DNA of 64,000 nt from an uncultured Clostridia bacterium (GTDB taxonomy: Bacteria; Bacillota; Clostridia; Christensenellales; Pumilibacteraceae), in assembly GCA_947632125.1 (NCBI GenBank), contig CANRNV010000001.1, forward strand, positions 288 to 64,287, written 5' to 3'. Both the position numbers and the translations under genes were made by a program. The notes under the pieces were generated by a model. It searched no databases. It worked only from the letters and a program-made list of their open reading frames with translations, and was not told where the DNA came from. Within the stretch, counting starts at the first letter, position 1, and each line of letters opens with the position of its first letter. Positions 24,960-34,232 of this stretch are shown here, one piece after another.

Positions 24960-26503
24960 TTCTTTTCTCCGAGTTTATCCAATCTCGAACTGCCGTCCTC
25001 GTTGAAGTCGTACACGTTGTCCTCGTCCGTGTCGTGCGAATCGTACCAAACTTGCGCGATGTACGGGCTGAACTTAGCCTGCCTGTCGAAGTCCCACGGG
25101 GTGGGATAGGCGCATTTATCGCACCAATGCCCGCCTCGAAGCACCGTAAAGGGGCTTGCCTCGAACTCATGCCCGTCATGACAACGCCAAACGAGCTTAT
25201 CGAAGGGCGAGCCCGACTTTTCGCTCACGAGCGAGCCGCCTCGGAACGCCGCAGCCGAGCGAAGATCGTCGATAGTCCACTCCTCCATCGGCTTGGTATC
25301 GTCGTAGCCGTGGCTTAAAAGCATATCACGTGTCACATTTTCCATCGTGCGCATATGGTCGTAGTCGCCGAAGTCGCCCTTGCTTATAAGCAAAGTGTCC
25401 TCCCACTTCGAGGAGAGCGCTTTTGCCTTTTCTTCCGAGCCGAAAGACGCGACGGTCCTCGGCTTGTCGCCGATTTCGAGCCACTCGTCGGGCGAATTAT
25501 AGTGGAAGCGCAGCTTTTTGAATATCGAGAGGTATATTATTTTTGCGGGAATTATCTTGGCAAGCGCGTAAGCCTTATGACGCTTGCCTATTTCGTGCCA
25601 GAACTCGATCACTCCGTCCCGCTGAAATCCGAAGTAGTCATTCAGCTCGTTGCCGTCGTAAAACCACACACCGTGAAAGTTTCTCGTGGCAAACCAATTG
25701 GGCTTAAACAGCTTTTCGGGCGAGCCGCCTATAAGAGAGAAGCCGTCCTTAAAGGTGTCATAGCCCGTGTCCATTCCCCTTTTGCCCGCTCCGATATTGT
25801 AAATATTGTTCCAAAAGGAAGCGATCTCGCCTTTATTGTCCCTTTCGAGTATGCGCCTGACTAAAAAGCCGCTGTCACGCGAACTGACCCATTCGAGAGG
25901 AGCGTTGAGCACGGTGTGGAACATAAGACCGTCGCTTATGTTGTCTTTGAGCATATTGGGGTGAAGCATCGCCGTCTGCCTCAGAACGACAAAGCGTTTA
26001 AGTCCCGCATCAAGCACGTATCTCTCGCCCCTGAGCTTGTGCATGGCATAGTAGTCGAAAGGACTGACAAGCAGCGGATCGCCCACTCTGCCGTACGGGT
26101 GCTTCTCGTTGCGATTGCCGTACAGAGCCATGGTGGATATGTGCACATAGCTCGGCTGCGGGTCCGCCCTCTTTATCGCGTCGACGAGCGCTTTCGCTCC
26201 GAGGTAGTTGCACTCTTCGCTGTCTTTTGGGTCGGCGTCGGATGCGGGCGGAATGACGGCAGCCATGTGCACGACATAGTCCATGTCTTTGACCAGAGTG
26301 TCGCAAACCGAGGGGGAAGCGACCGTTCCCCTTACTATCTCCACTCTGTTGCCGTATCGCTTAACCAGCTTTTTGGCGAATTTGTCGTTTTTCTTCTTCG
26401 TCGTAAGCAGCACTCTGCACAGCTCCACTTCTTTGAGTTCGAGCGATTGAATAAGAGCCTCTATCCCCATGTTGCCGCTTGTACCCGTCATTGCAACTTT
26501 CAT
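24956..26503 (-). CDS. NAD(P)-binding epimerase/dehydratase-family (SDR) protein with a C-terminal Cys/His-rich extension
   Basis: 515 aa. Rossmann motif MTGTSGNMG at the N-terminus. The C-terminal roughly 90 aa carries CHDGH...CDKC (zinc-ribbon-like). Confidence 0.7.
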   Translation of the reverse strand: MKVAMTGTSGNMGIEALIQSLELKEVELCRVLLTTKKKNDKFAKKLVKRYGNRVEIVRGTVASPSVCDTLVKDMDYVVHMAAVIPPASDADPKDSEECNYLGAKALVDAIKRADPQPSYVHISTMALYGNRNEKHPYGRVGDPLLVSPFDYYAMHKLRGERYVLDAGLKRFVVLRQTAMLHPNMLKDNISDGLMFHTVLNAPLEWVSSRDSGFLVRRILERDNKGEIASFWNNIYNIGAGKRGMDTGYDTFKDGFSLIGGSPEKLFKPNWFATRNFHGVWFYDGNELNDYFGFQRDGVIEFWHEIGKRHKAYALAKIIPAKIIYLSIFKKLRFHYNSPDEWLEIGDKPRTVASFGSEEKAKALSSKWEDTLLISKGDFGDYDHMRTMENVTRDMLLSHGYDDTKPMEEWTIDDLRSAAAFRGGSLVSEKSGSPFDKLVWRCHDGHEFEASPFTVLRGGHWCDKCAYPTPWDFDRQAKFSPYIAQVWYDSHDTDEDNVYDFNEDGSSRLDKLGEKK

Positions 26504-26522
26504 TTTATCACCTCGTAAAAGA

Positions 26523-27896
26523 TTATATTCGGTCGCCGACCCTTGCCGCCGATCTTATAGTCTTGTCCAAGCCGTACAGGTCGCTGCGCTTAAATCGAAC
26601 CGACCAATTGTACTCGGACACCGTGGACGGAGTGTTGATGCGATAACTCTCGCCCTTATGCATAAAGTCGAACAACGGGGCGACAAACAGCTTGGCTTTG
26701 GTACGACTGCCAATTTCTATGAGCCTGTCCACCGCCTCGATGTCGTCGCAATTGCCTACGACCCGCCTTACCTCCTCGCCGTTGCGCTCTACAAACGTCC
26801 TGAGCGGCATGTTGTCGTGCGTGCCCGTGTAGCAGACGCAGTTTTCGCCTATATTTTCGGGCGAGTGCGGATTATTGTCACCGCTCAGTCCAAACTGCAA
26901 CACTCGCATACCGGGGTAGCCCGTGAATTCAAGCAGTTCGCTTACCGACGGCGTTATCGTCCCGAGGTCCTCGGCGACTATGGGCAGATTGCGCTTGTCG
27001 AGGAAGAACTCCTTGCCTAATCCAAGGCGCCACTCGCCCACCGTGGCGTCCTTGCTTCCGCTTTTGATGGCGTAAAAGCTGTCGAACGCTCGGAAATGGT
27101 CGAGCCTGAGCATATCGAATAGGTCCAAAGCCGAGTAAATTCGCTCGCTCCACCACTTTTTTAAGTCCTCGCCCACCTTGTAGACGGGATTGCCCCAAAG
27201 CTGACCCGTCGCCGAAAAATAGTCGGGAGGAACGCCCGCAACGGATGTCGTGTCGAAAAGTTCGCGTTTGCTCCAAGTTTCGTAACTGTCGCCCGCAACG
27301 TAAAAGGGCATATCGCCGAGGAATTCAACTCCCTTGCTCAAAGCGTATTCTCTCAGTTTTTGCCACTGACTTTGCGCCTCGAACTGCAAAAAGTCCATAA
27401 AGCGGACTTGCAACTCGTGCTTTTGCGTAAAATTCTTTACGCCGAACGAATTACAGTCCGAACATTCGCCCCACTCTTGCCACCGAGTGCCGAAATGCTC
27501 TTTTAATGCGAGAAAGACCGATTGCGGAAAGTGCGGAATTTCCCCATCGCAGCGACAAAACGCCTTATACAGCGTTTTCGTCCGCTCTTTGAGAAGCGAA
27601 TAATTCAGCCTGCCGAAAGGGATCTTTTCCTTTTCGCACTCGTCGAACGTCAGTAGCCCCTTGTCGCGCAAAATCTCGGGGTCGATGTAAAGCGGGCTTA
27701 TCGCCGCCGAGCAACCCGAACTGTACGGCGAGCCGCTTGCGTCCACCGGACAAAGGGGCAGAATTTGCCACACTCCCACCTTTGCGTCCGCCAGAAAGTC
27801 GACAAACTCGTAGGCGGGCTTACCGAACGTACCTATGCCGTATTCGCCGAAAAGCGAAAACACCGGCAGTAATATTCCCATCTTACGCTTCATCAT
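26523..27896 (-). CDS. malQ: 4-alpha-glucanotransferase (amylomaltase, GH77)
   Basis: N-terminus GILLPVFSLFGEYGIGTFG...WQILPL and an internal DHFRAF-type motif (LRLDHFRAF). The start could be ATG 27896, 27893 or 27881. Confidence 0.9.
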   Translation of the reverse strand: MMKRKMGILLPVFSLFGEYGIGTFGKPAYEFVDFLADAKVGVWQILPLCPVDASGSPYSSGCSAAISPLYIDPEILRDKGLLTFDECEKEKIPFGRLNYSLLKERTKTLYKAFCRCDGEIPHFPQSVFLALKEHFGTRWQEWGECSDCNSFGVKNFTQKHELQVRFMDFLQFEAQSQWQKLREYALSKGVEFLGDMPFYVAGDSYETWSKRELFDTTSVAGVPPDYFSATGQLWGNPVYKVGEDLKKWWSERIYSALDLFDMLRLDHFRAFDSFYAIKSGSKDATVGEWRLGLGKEFFLDKRNLPIVAEDLGTITPSVSELLEFTGYPGMRVLQFGLSGDNNPHSPENIGENCVCYTGTHDNMPLRTFVERNGEEVRRVVGNCDDIEAVDRLIEIGSRTKAKLFVAPLFDFMHKGESYRINTPSTVSEYNWSVRFKRSDLYGLDKTIRSAARVGDRI

Positions 27897-28995
27897 AATT
27901 CATTATATTCATGCCCGTCACGGCAGAGAAAAAGTGCATTCTGCTCTTGTCAAAGGCGATGTTCAATTTGTCGCCTCGCTTTACGGGCACGGTAGTCTTT
28001 ATCGTGACCGATGCGCCCCGCACCTTGGTGTACACAATAAGGTCGCGCCCGAGGACGTCTGCTCCCTTGACGACAGCCTGCACCGAGTGGAAGTTTTCGC
28101 CCTCGCCGAAAGCGATAACGTCCTCCGGTCTTATTCCCACTATTATGCCCTTTTTGCCCTCGAGGTAGCTTTCGTCCACCTTGTCGAACATCTCTTGCGG
28201 GAGCATGATCTTCTCCCCGCACACGGTGAGTTTAACTCCGCCCGCCTCTTTAAGCAGCACGCCGTACAAAAAGTTCATCTCGGGCGAACCGATAAAGCTT
28301 GCCACGAACTTGTTTTTGGGATGGTCGTAAATCTCGCTCGGTGTCCCGATCTGCTGCATCACTCCGTCGCAAATAACGGCTATTCGAGTGCCCATAGTCA
28401 TCGCCTCCACCTGATCATGCGTGACATAAACAAAGGTGGCGTCGAGTTTTTCGTACAAATCTATGATCTGAGAGCGCATTTCCGCCCTGAGTTTTGCGTC
28501 GAGATTGCTTAGCGGCTCGTCGAGCAAAAAGAACTTGGGACTTACCACCATCGCCCTACCCAAAGCGACGCGCTGACGCTGACCGCCCGAAAGCGAGCGG
28601 GGACGATATTTGAGCTCGCTTTTAAGCCCCAAAATTTCGGCGGCTTCCATCACCTTTTTGTCCCGTTCCTTTTTGTCGACGCCCTTGATTTTGAGTTCGA
28701 ACGCCATGTTGTCGTAGGCGGTCATGTACGGAAAAAGGGCGTAATTTTGGAACACGATCGTCACGGAGCGGTCCTTGGGTTTGAGTTTGTTGACCTTAAC
28801 TCCGTCCATGATGATGTCACCTTTCGTGGCGTTTTCGAGCCCCGCGATAAGGCGCAAGAGCGTGGTTTTGCCGCAGCCCGACGGTCCCACTATGACGATA
28901 AATTCCTTGCCGCTCGACTGTAAGCAAAAGTCGGCAATAGCCGTCTTGCCCGTCGGATACACCTTGGAAACGTTTTTCAATATAAGCTCGGACAT
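27883..28995 (-). CDS. Sugar ABC transporter ATP-binding protein (MsmK/MalK/UgpC type)
   Basis: Walker A GPSGCGKTT, signature LSGGQRQRV, Walker B FLLDEPLSNLD, plus a C-terminal regulatory TOBE-like domain. ATG 28995 follows GGGAGG. No permease genes are adjacent. Confidence 0.9.
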   Translation of the reverse strand: MSELILKNVSKVYPTGKTAIADFCLQSSGKEFIVIVGPSGCGKTTLLRLIAGLENATKGDIIMDGVKVNKLKPKDRSVTIVFQNYALFPYMTAYDNMAFELKIKGVDKKERDKKVMEAAEILGLKSELKYRPRSLSGGQRQRVALGRAMVVSPKFFLLDEPLSNLDAKLRAEMRSQIIDLYEKLDATFVYVTHDQVEAMTMGTRIAVICDGVMQQIGTPSEIYDHPKNKFVASFIGSPEMNFLYGVLLKEAGGVKLTVCGEKIMLPQEMFDKVDESYLEGKKGIIVGIRPEDVIAFGEGENFHSVQAVVKGADVLGRDLIVYTKVRGASVTIKTTVPVKRGDKLNIAFDKSRMHFFSAVTGMNIMNYDEA

Positions 28996-29157
28996 TGTTC
29001 CTCCCAAAAGAGTATTTTATCAAAAATCGCTCTTGCTGTCAATTTGTTTTATGCATAAAGCTTAAAAACGGTACAAAAACACATTTTTACAAAGGAGTAT
29101 ACTTTGATTGAAATTACATTTACTATATGTATAAAACAGTCTTTTCGGGAAACAATT

Positions 29158-29358
29158 ATGGGTAAGTATATCATTGAATTAAACGGAGAAATCGAAAATA
29201 TGTTAGCTGAGTTTTCTGCGGCAAGGCAAATGTCGCCCGAGCAGTTCATTCAAGATATTGTTAACCGTTATTTACCCTTGTCGCATAAAATAGACCAAGA
29301 GGCTATGGCAAAGGGTTACAGCGAAATGTCCGAAATAAATTCGGAACTCGCCAAATAG
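29158..29358 (+). CDS. mazE: MazE/EndoAI-type antitoxin (ribbon-helix-helix)
   Basis: 66 aa from ATG 29158. The C-terminal MAKGYSEMSEINSELAK resembles the Bacillus EndoAI MRRGYMEMAKINL segment. It lies directly upstream of mazF. Confidence 0.75.
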   Translation: MGKYIIELNGEIENMLAEFSAARQMSPEQFIQDIVNRYLPLSHKIDQEAMAKGYSEMSEINSELAK

Positions 29359-29373
29359 CAAAAGAGGAAATTT

Positions 29374-29727
29374 ATGGATATGACTGTCAAAAGAGGCGAA
29401 GTCTACTATGCCGACCTGTCCCCCGTTATCGGCTCGGAGCAAGGCGGCGTACGACCCGTCCTCGTCATTCAAAACGATATCGGTAACAAATATTCGCCCA
29501 CCGTCATCGTGTCGGCGATCACAAGTCAGCTGACCAAGGCGAAACTTCCCACTCACATCGAGCTCAAAAAGGGGCAATTCGGACTGAACAAGGATTCGGT
29601 CGTCTTGCTCGAACAAATTCGCACTCTCGATAAGCGCAGATTAAAGGAAAGGATCGGCATGCTCGACGACAAATATATGCGCTTTGTGAATAGAGCCATG
29701 CTCATTTCGCTCGGCTTTACTACATAG
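29374..29727 (+). CDS. mazF: MazF/PemK (EndoA) family mRNA interferase toxin
   Basis: 117 aa. [47 protein letters not shown] is nearly canonical EndoA/MazF. Confidence 0.95.
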   Translation: MDMTVKRGEVYYADLSPVIGSEQGGVRPVLVIQNDIGNKYSPTVIVSAITSQLTKAKLPTHIELKKGQFGLNKDSVVLLEQIRTLDKRRLKERIGMLDDKYMRFVNRAMLISLGFTT

Positions 29728-29738
29728 CCGCCTTATAA

Positions 29739-29764
29739 AAGAGCGCCTTGCGTAAGGCGCTCTT
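29739..29764. terminator. Bidirectional terminator after mazF and the lipoprotein gene
   Basis: Perfect 11-bp stem AAGAGCGCCTT-gcgt-AAGGCGCTCTT followed by ATTTTTTT. Confidence 0.85.
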
Positions 29765-29774
29765 ATTTTTTTCT

Positions 29775-30581
29775 TTATTCGGCGTCGACGTAATTCAATT
29801 CGATTATTACGTCCTTTCCTACCGCCTCTTCGTCAAAGGCGATTTGGAAATATGCCGCCCCGTCCTCATCGACGGCAAAGTTTATGCTCGGTTCCTCACC
29901 CGTAGCCGAATTTTCGCTTTTTGCCATGCCGCTCTCGCCGTTAGTCAAAACCGTTACGGTTCCGCTCGCGCCGACGACCTTTATATTGTAGCTGTCCTCG
30001 GGATCGGCTTCGACCTTGATAAACATAGTTTTATTGTTTTCGTCTACGGTGACCTTGTAGCCCATTATTTTATTCATGTTGGCGATATCGGGAGAGTAAA
30101 CGAACTTATAGGGATCGAAGCCCTCGGTCTTTATCACGTCGCCGTCAAACTCACCCGCACCGGTGCCGCTGAACTCGGGGAACTTCTCTTTGAGATTGAT
30201 AACCACGGCTTTGTCCTTTTGAGCGACGCACGTATCGTGAACGTAGTATTGCTTTAAGCCTTTTACGTGGATCTCGACTTCGGTCAGTCCGACGGGGACC
30301 TTTACGGGTGATGTCGTACTGCCTGCATCGACATAGCAAACGCCGTTATTGTCCAAGGTAAGCAGTCCGGAGAAGCAATTTGCGCCGTCGCCCACGGCGC
30401 AGACCTGAATTTTGCCATCGGTGCACGGTTTGCCGTCAACACCCAAAACGGTGATCTTAAAGTCGTGTCCGTCGGTATCGCTTTTGGGCTCTTCCTGCTC
30501 GGGATCGCAAGCGACTGCCACTAACATGGTAAGTAACGCAATCAAAGCCAAAGCGACTATGGAAATGAATTTTTTCATCAT
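29775..30581 (-). CDS. Lipoprotein of unknown function
   Basis: 268 aa with lipobox LVAVAC/D. The rest appears beta-rich. I recognise no family. Confidence 0.7.
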   Translation of the reverse strand: MMKKFISIVALALIALLTMLVAVACDPEQEEPKSDTDGHDFKITVLGVDGKPCTDGKIQVCAVGDGANCFSGLLTLDNNGVCYVDAGSTTSPVKVPVGLTEVEIHVKGLKQYYVHDTCVAQKDKAVVINLKEKFPEFSGTGAGEFDGDVIKTEGFDPYKFVYSPDIANMNKIMGYKVTVDENNKTMFIKVEADPEDSYNIKVVGASGTVTVLTNGESGMAKSENSATGEEPSINFAVDEDGAAYFQIAFDEEAVGKDVIIELNYVDAE

Positions 30582-30791
30582 ATATCTCCTTTTGATAAAA
30601 GTAAATAAAGTATAGCAAATTCGTACAAAAATGTCAACACCTTACGGTAAATTTCGACAAAATTTCGGGTTTTCATTTACAAGCGGATACAATACCCGTT
30701 TTCGTCAAATATTCATTGCATAATGACCTATATTTCAATTATATGATTTATTTTAGGTATATAATATATAATATAAACAGGAGAACGGTAC

Positions 30792-32033
30792 ATGAAAAAA
30801 TTCAAAGCATTTGTACTTGTTATATCGATTTTGGTCGTTACGGCTCTTTGTACAAGCTGTGCGTCCGCATACGATGTCGCCGTCAAAAACGGATTTTCGG
30901 GCAACGAGCAGCAATGGCTCAATTCGCTCAAAGGCAAGGACGGAGCGGACGGAAGCGACCTCAGCATAGAGCAAATCTATTCGTACGCATTGGATAACGG
31001 ATTTTCGGGCACATATCTCGACTTTTTGGACGAGTATCTCAGCTTCGAGGTGGGTAAAAGCAACGAGGAAGCCGTATCAAAGGGGCTTCGCAGCGCGGTG
31101 GAGGTGTACTGCTCTTTCGTCGGCACCGGATATCTGTCGAGCGAATACACCCAAGGCGGCGCGGGCGTAATTTACAAGATGAATAAAGAAGCCAAAACGG
31201 CTTACATAATCACCAACTATCACGTCGTCTATTCGAGCAAAAGCAGCAACAACATCTCGTCGGACATAAAGATCATCCCCTACGGTCAAGAAGCGTTCGT
31301 CCCGGCGTCTTTCGTCGGCGGCACCCCCACCTACGACATCGCCGTGCTTAAAGTTGACGGCTTCGATGCGGAAGAATTTTACCGAGCCGTCACCGTAAAC
31401 AAGAGCGACGTAACGGTGGGACAAACGGCGATCGCCATCGGCAATCCGTCGGGCAGCGGCATTTCCGCCACCCAAGGCATAGTGAGCGTGGACTCCGAGC
31501 AGATTACGATGTCGGCTATCGACAATCCCCAAGACGAGGTGAAGATGAGGGTAATGCGTATCGACACGGCGGTCAACTCGGGCAACAGCGGCGGCGGCTT
31601 GTATAACGACAGGGGCGAACTGATCGGCATTGTAAACGCCAAGTCGGGCGACAAGGACATCGAAAACATGGGATACGCCATTCCCGCCTCGGTCGCCGCA
31701 GCCGTAGCCGACAACATCATAAGTAACGGCGCGTTTATTCGCGGGTTTGCGGGTGTCCAAGTGGCAAGCAAAGACGCCCGTGCCTATCTCGACGGCGACA
31801 TAGTCCATATCAAGGAAACGGTGGTCGTCGACTTCGTGTCGGGCGCGGCATACGGCATCTTACAGAAAAACGACGTCATCCTCGCGGTAAAGACGGATAG
31901 CGAAGAGATCGAGGCGAACCGCTCCTTTAACATTGTCGACGCGCTCCTGTCCTGCTCTCCCGGCGACGAAGTGACGTTTACGGTGCTTCGGGGCGGCGAA
32001 GAACTTACCTTGAAAGTTATTTTACAAAAATAA
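30792..32033 (+). CDS. Trypsin-like serine protease (S1C/HtrA-like) lipoprotein with a PDZ-like C-terminus
   Basis: 413 aa. Lipobox ALCTSC. His in ITNYHVV and Ser in NSGNSGGGLYN. Confidence 0.8.
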   Translation: MKKFKAFVLVISILVVTALCTSCASAYDVAVKNGFSGNEQQWLNSLKGKDGADGSDLSIEQIYSYALDNGFSGTYLDFLDEYLSFEVGKSNEEAVSKGLRSAVEVYCSFVGTGYLSSEYTQGGAGVIYKMNKEAKTAYIITNYHVVYSSKSSNNISSDIKIIPYGQEAFVPASFVGGTPTYDIAVLKVDGFDAEEFYRAVTVNKSDVTVGQTAIAIGNPSGSGISATQGIVSVDSEQITMSAIDNPQDEVKMRVMRIDTAVNSGNSGGGLYNDRGELIGIVNAKSGDKDIENMGYAIPASVAAAVADNIISNGAFIRGFAGVQVASKDARAYLDGDIVHIKETVVVDFVSGAAYGILQKNDVILAVKTDSEEIEANRSFNIVDALLSCSPGDEVTFTVLRGGEELTLKVILQK

Positions 32034-32067
32034 CCTTTTTCCCGATACTTATAAAAAGCAAAAAAAT

Positions 32068-32095
32068 AACCTTTCGCCGTAAAAAACGAAAGGTT
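32068..32095. terminator. Bidirectional terminator between the protease gene and prs
   Basis: AACCTTTCG-ccgtaaaaaa-CGAAAGGTT flanked by A- and T-runs. Confidence 0.8.
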
Positions 32096-32120
32096 TTTTG
32101 TTACTAACCTTATTTAAGCT

Positions 32121-33077
32121 TTAATCGTAAAGCTTGGATACCGAAGTTTCCTCGTATATACTCTTTATTGCTTCGGCAAAAATGGGAGCTACGCTGACGA
32201 GTTTGAGTTTATCGAACTTCTTTTCCTCGGGAATTTCGATGGTGTTGAGGACGAACAGCTTTTCGATAACCGAATTTTTGAGCCTCTCGATAGCCGGTCC
32301 GCTGAGCACTCCGTGCGTGCAGCACGCGAACACCCTCTTCGCTTTGCCCACGTCGATAAGAGCCTGTGCGCCTTGGCAGATCGTTCCCGCCGTGTCGATC
32401 ATATCGTCGATCATAAGGCAGGTCTTGTTTTCGACGTCGCCGATTATATTCATAACTTCCATGACGTTGGCTTTGGGACGACGCTTGTCCACAATTGCCA
32501 AAGGAGCGTTGAGCCTTGAAGCAAGTTGACGCGCGCGGGCAACCGAGCCTACGTCGGGCGAAACGACCACGAACTCGTCGTCCTTTACAAAGTCCTCCTT
32601 GCAGATCGCCTTTTTGAGCACGGCAAGCCCGAGCAGATGGTCGACGGGGATCTGGAAAAAGCCCTGAATTTGAGCGGCGTGCAGGTCCATGGTGAGCACC
32701 CTGTCCGCGCCCGCCGTCTGCAAGAGATCGGCAACGAGTTTTGCGGTGATCGGGTCGTGCGCCATGGCTTTGCGGTCCTGCCTTGCATAGCCGAAATACG
32801 GAATGACGGCGTTTATTCTGCCTGCCGAAGCCCTCTTCAGTGCGTCGATCGTGACGAGCAGTTCCATAAGATTGTCGTTTACGGGAGCGGAAGTCGACTG
32901 GATTACAAACACGTCGGCTCCGCGCACCGATTCGTCGATATGTACGGATACTTCACCGTCGCTGAACTTGCCAACGTGAATTTGTCCAAGCTCGACATCG
33001 AGCTTTTTTGCGATTTCCTTTGCGAGCTCGGGACATCCGTTGCAAGCAAAAAGCTTTAATGCGCTACCTTTAAGCAT
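32121..33077 (-). CDS. prs: Ribose-phosphate pyrophosphokinase
   Basis: 318 aa with motifs [20 protein letters not shown] and [12 protein letters not shown]. Confidence 0.96.
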   Translation of the reverse strand: MLKGSALKLFACNGCPELAKEIAKKLDVELGQIHVGKFSDGEVSVHIDESVRGADVFVIQSTSAPVNDNLMELLVTIDALKRASAGRINAVIPYFGYARQDRKAMAHDPITAKLVADLLQTAGADRVLTMDLHAAQIQGFFQIPVDHLLGLAVLKKAICKEDFVKDDEFVVVSPDVGSVARARQLASRLNAPLAIVDKRRPKANVMEVMNIIGDVENKTCLMIDDMIDTAGTICQGAQALIDVGKAKRVFACCTHGVLSGPAIERLKNSVIEKLFVLNTIEIPEEKKFDKLKLVSVAPIFAEAIKSIYEETSVSKLYD

Positions 33078-33113
33078 ATATCCTCCAAAAGTTTGTTACT
33101 TATATCCGAATGT

Positions 33114-34187
33114 TTACTTTATCCAATCGGTTTTTACGATCTGACGCGCCCGCGCTATCGCCAAAGCCTTGGGCGGGACCTCGTCGGTTATCGTCGAGCC
33201 CGCTGCGACAAACGCGCCGTCGCCCACGCTTACGGGAGCGATAAGATTGCAATTGCTGCCGACAAACGCACCGTCGCCGATCGTCGTTTCGCTTTTGACC
33301 TTGCCGTCATAGTTCGCCACCACGACGCCGCAGCCTATGTTGCAGCCGCTGCCCACCTTGGCGTCGCCCACATAGCTTAGGTGAGCTATTTTGGTGCGGT
33401 CGCCTATGACGCTGTTCTTTATCTCGACGAAGTCGCCGATGCGGCACTCGTCGCCCACTTGCGAGCCGGGGCGAAGATAAGCGTTGGGTCCGATAGTGGT
33501 GCCCTTTCCTACCGACGACGACAAGACGTAGCTGCTTTCGACCGAGGCTCCCTCGCCGATGATGGATGCGTCGATAGTGTTGCGTGCGCCTATCACGGCG
33601 CCGTCCTTTATGACCGTCTTTCCCTTGATTATATTGCCGGGTCCTATCCTTACCCCTTTTGCGATAATGACGTCGCAACCGACGAACGTGGAACTCGGGT
33701 CCTCGAACTGCACGCCTTGATTCATGTGATACGTAATTATCCTGTTTTTGAGCGCGTCGCCGACAAGCGCAACCTGCTTAAAGTTGAACGCCGTCATAAA
33801 GTCCTCTTCGTCAAAGTAGTACGGATTTTCGCCGTACAGCTTTTCGGCTCCCAGCAAAAACGCCGTTTTTATTACATAACCCCTCGTCATTTTGAGCACG
33901 TTGAGCTGCTTTTGCTTGGTGATAGCCACGGCGTCCAAGACCGTCTTGCGCGTGATGAGCGGCGTGTCGGAATACAAAATAACCGTATATTCCGACTCCC
34001 GCCTTACGTACGGTTTTACGAGGATGGGAAGCGGAATACCGTCCGAATACGGCACGCTGTCGTGATAGCTACCGCCCAAGGAAAAACGGACCCAATCCAA
34101 CATGGATTTGCCCAAAATTTCGATGACGGATGTATCGCCCATACTCGGATATGAAACTTTCAAAATTATTCCGCAGATATCGTCCAT
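33114..34187 (-). CDS. GlmU-like protein: intact hexapeptide acetyltransferase domain, degenerate and shortened N-terminal nucleotidyltransferase domain
   Basis: The C-terminus closely parallels GlmU (SHLSYVGDA, NYDGK, ALAIARARQ). The N-terminal part is only about 130 aa and lacks LAAGxGTRM and QxGTxHA. glmU-prs synteny is conserved. ATG 34187 is preferred over the track's TTG 34202. Confidence 0.75.
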   Translation of the reverse strand: MDDICGIILKVSYPSMGDTSVIEILGKSMLDWVRFSLGGSYHDSVPYSDGIPLPILVKPYVRRESEYTVILYSDTPLITRKTVLDAVAITKQKQLNVLKMTRGYVIKTAFLLGAEKLYGENPYYFDEEDFMTAFNFKQVALVGDALKNRIITYHMNQGVQFEDPSSTFVGCDVIIAKGVRIGPGNIIKGKTVIKDGAVIGARNTIDASIIGEGASVESSYVLSSSVGKGTTIGPNAYLRPGSQVGDECRIGDFVEIKNSVIGDRTKIAHLSYVGDAKVGSGCNIGCGVVVANYDGKVKSETTIGDGAFVGSNCNLIAPVSVGDGAFVAAGSTITDEVPPKALAIARARQIVKTDWIK

Positions 34188-34193
34188 AGTAAG

Positions 34194-34222
34194 ATTATAC
34201 AATTTTCGGTTTTTCTTGTCAA
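34194..34222 (-). promoter_or_regulatory. Consensus sigma-A promoter of the glmU-like/prs transcript
   Basis: Minus strand TTGACA (34222-34217), 17-nt spacer, TATAAT (34199-34194). Only 6 nt separate the -10 from ATG 34187. Confidence 0.6.
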
Positions 34223-34232
34223 TTTGTTTGAC

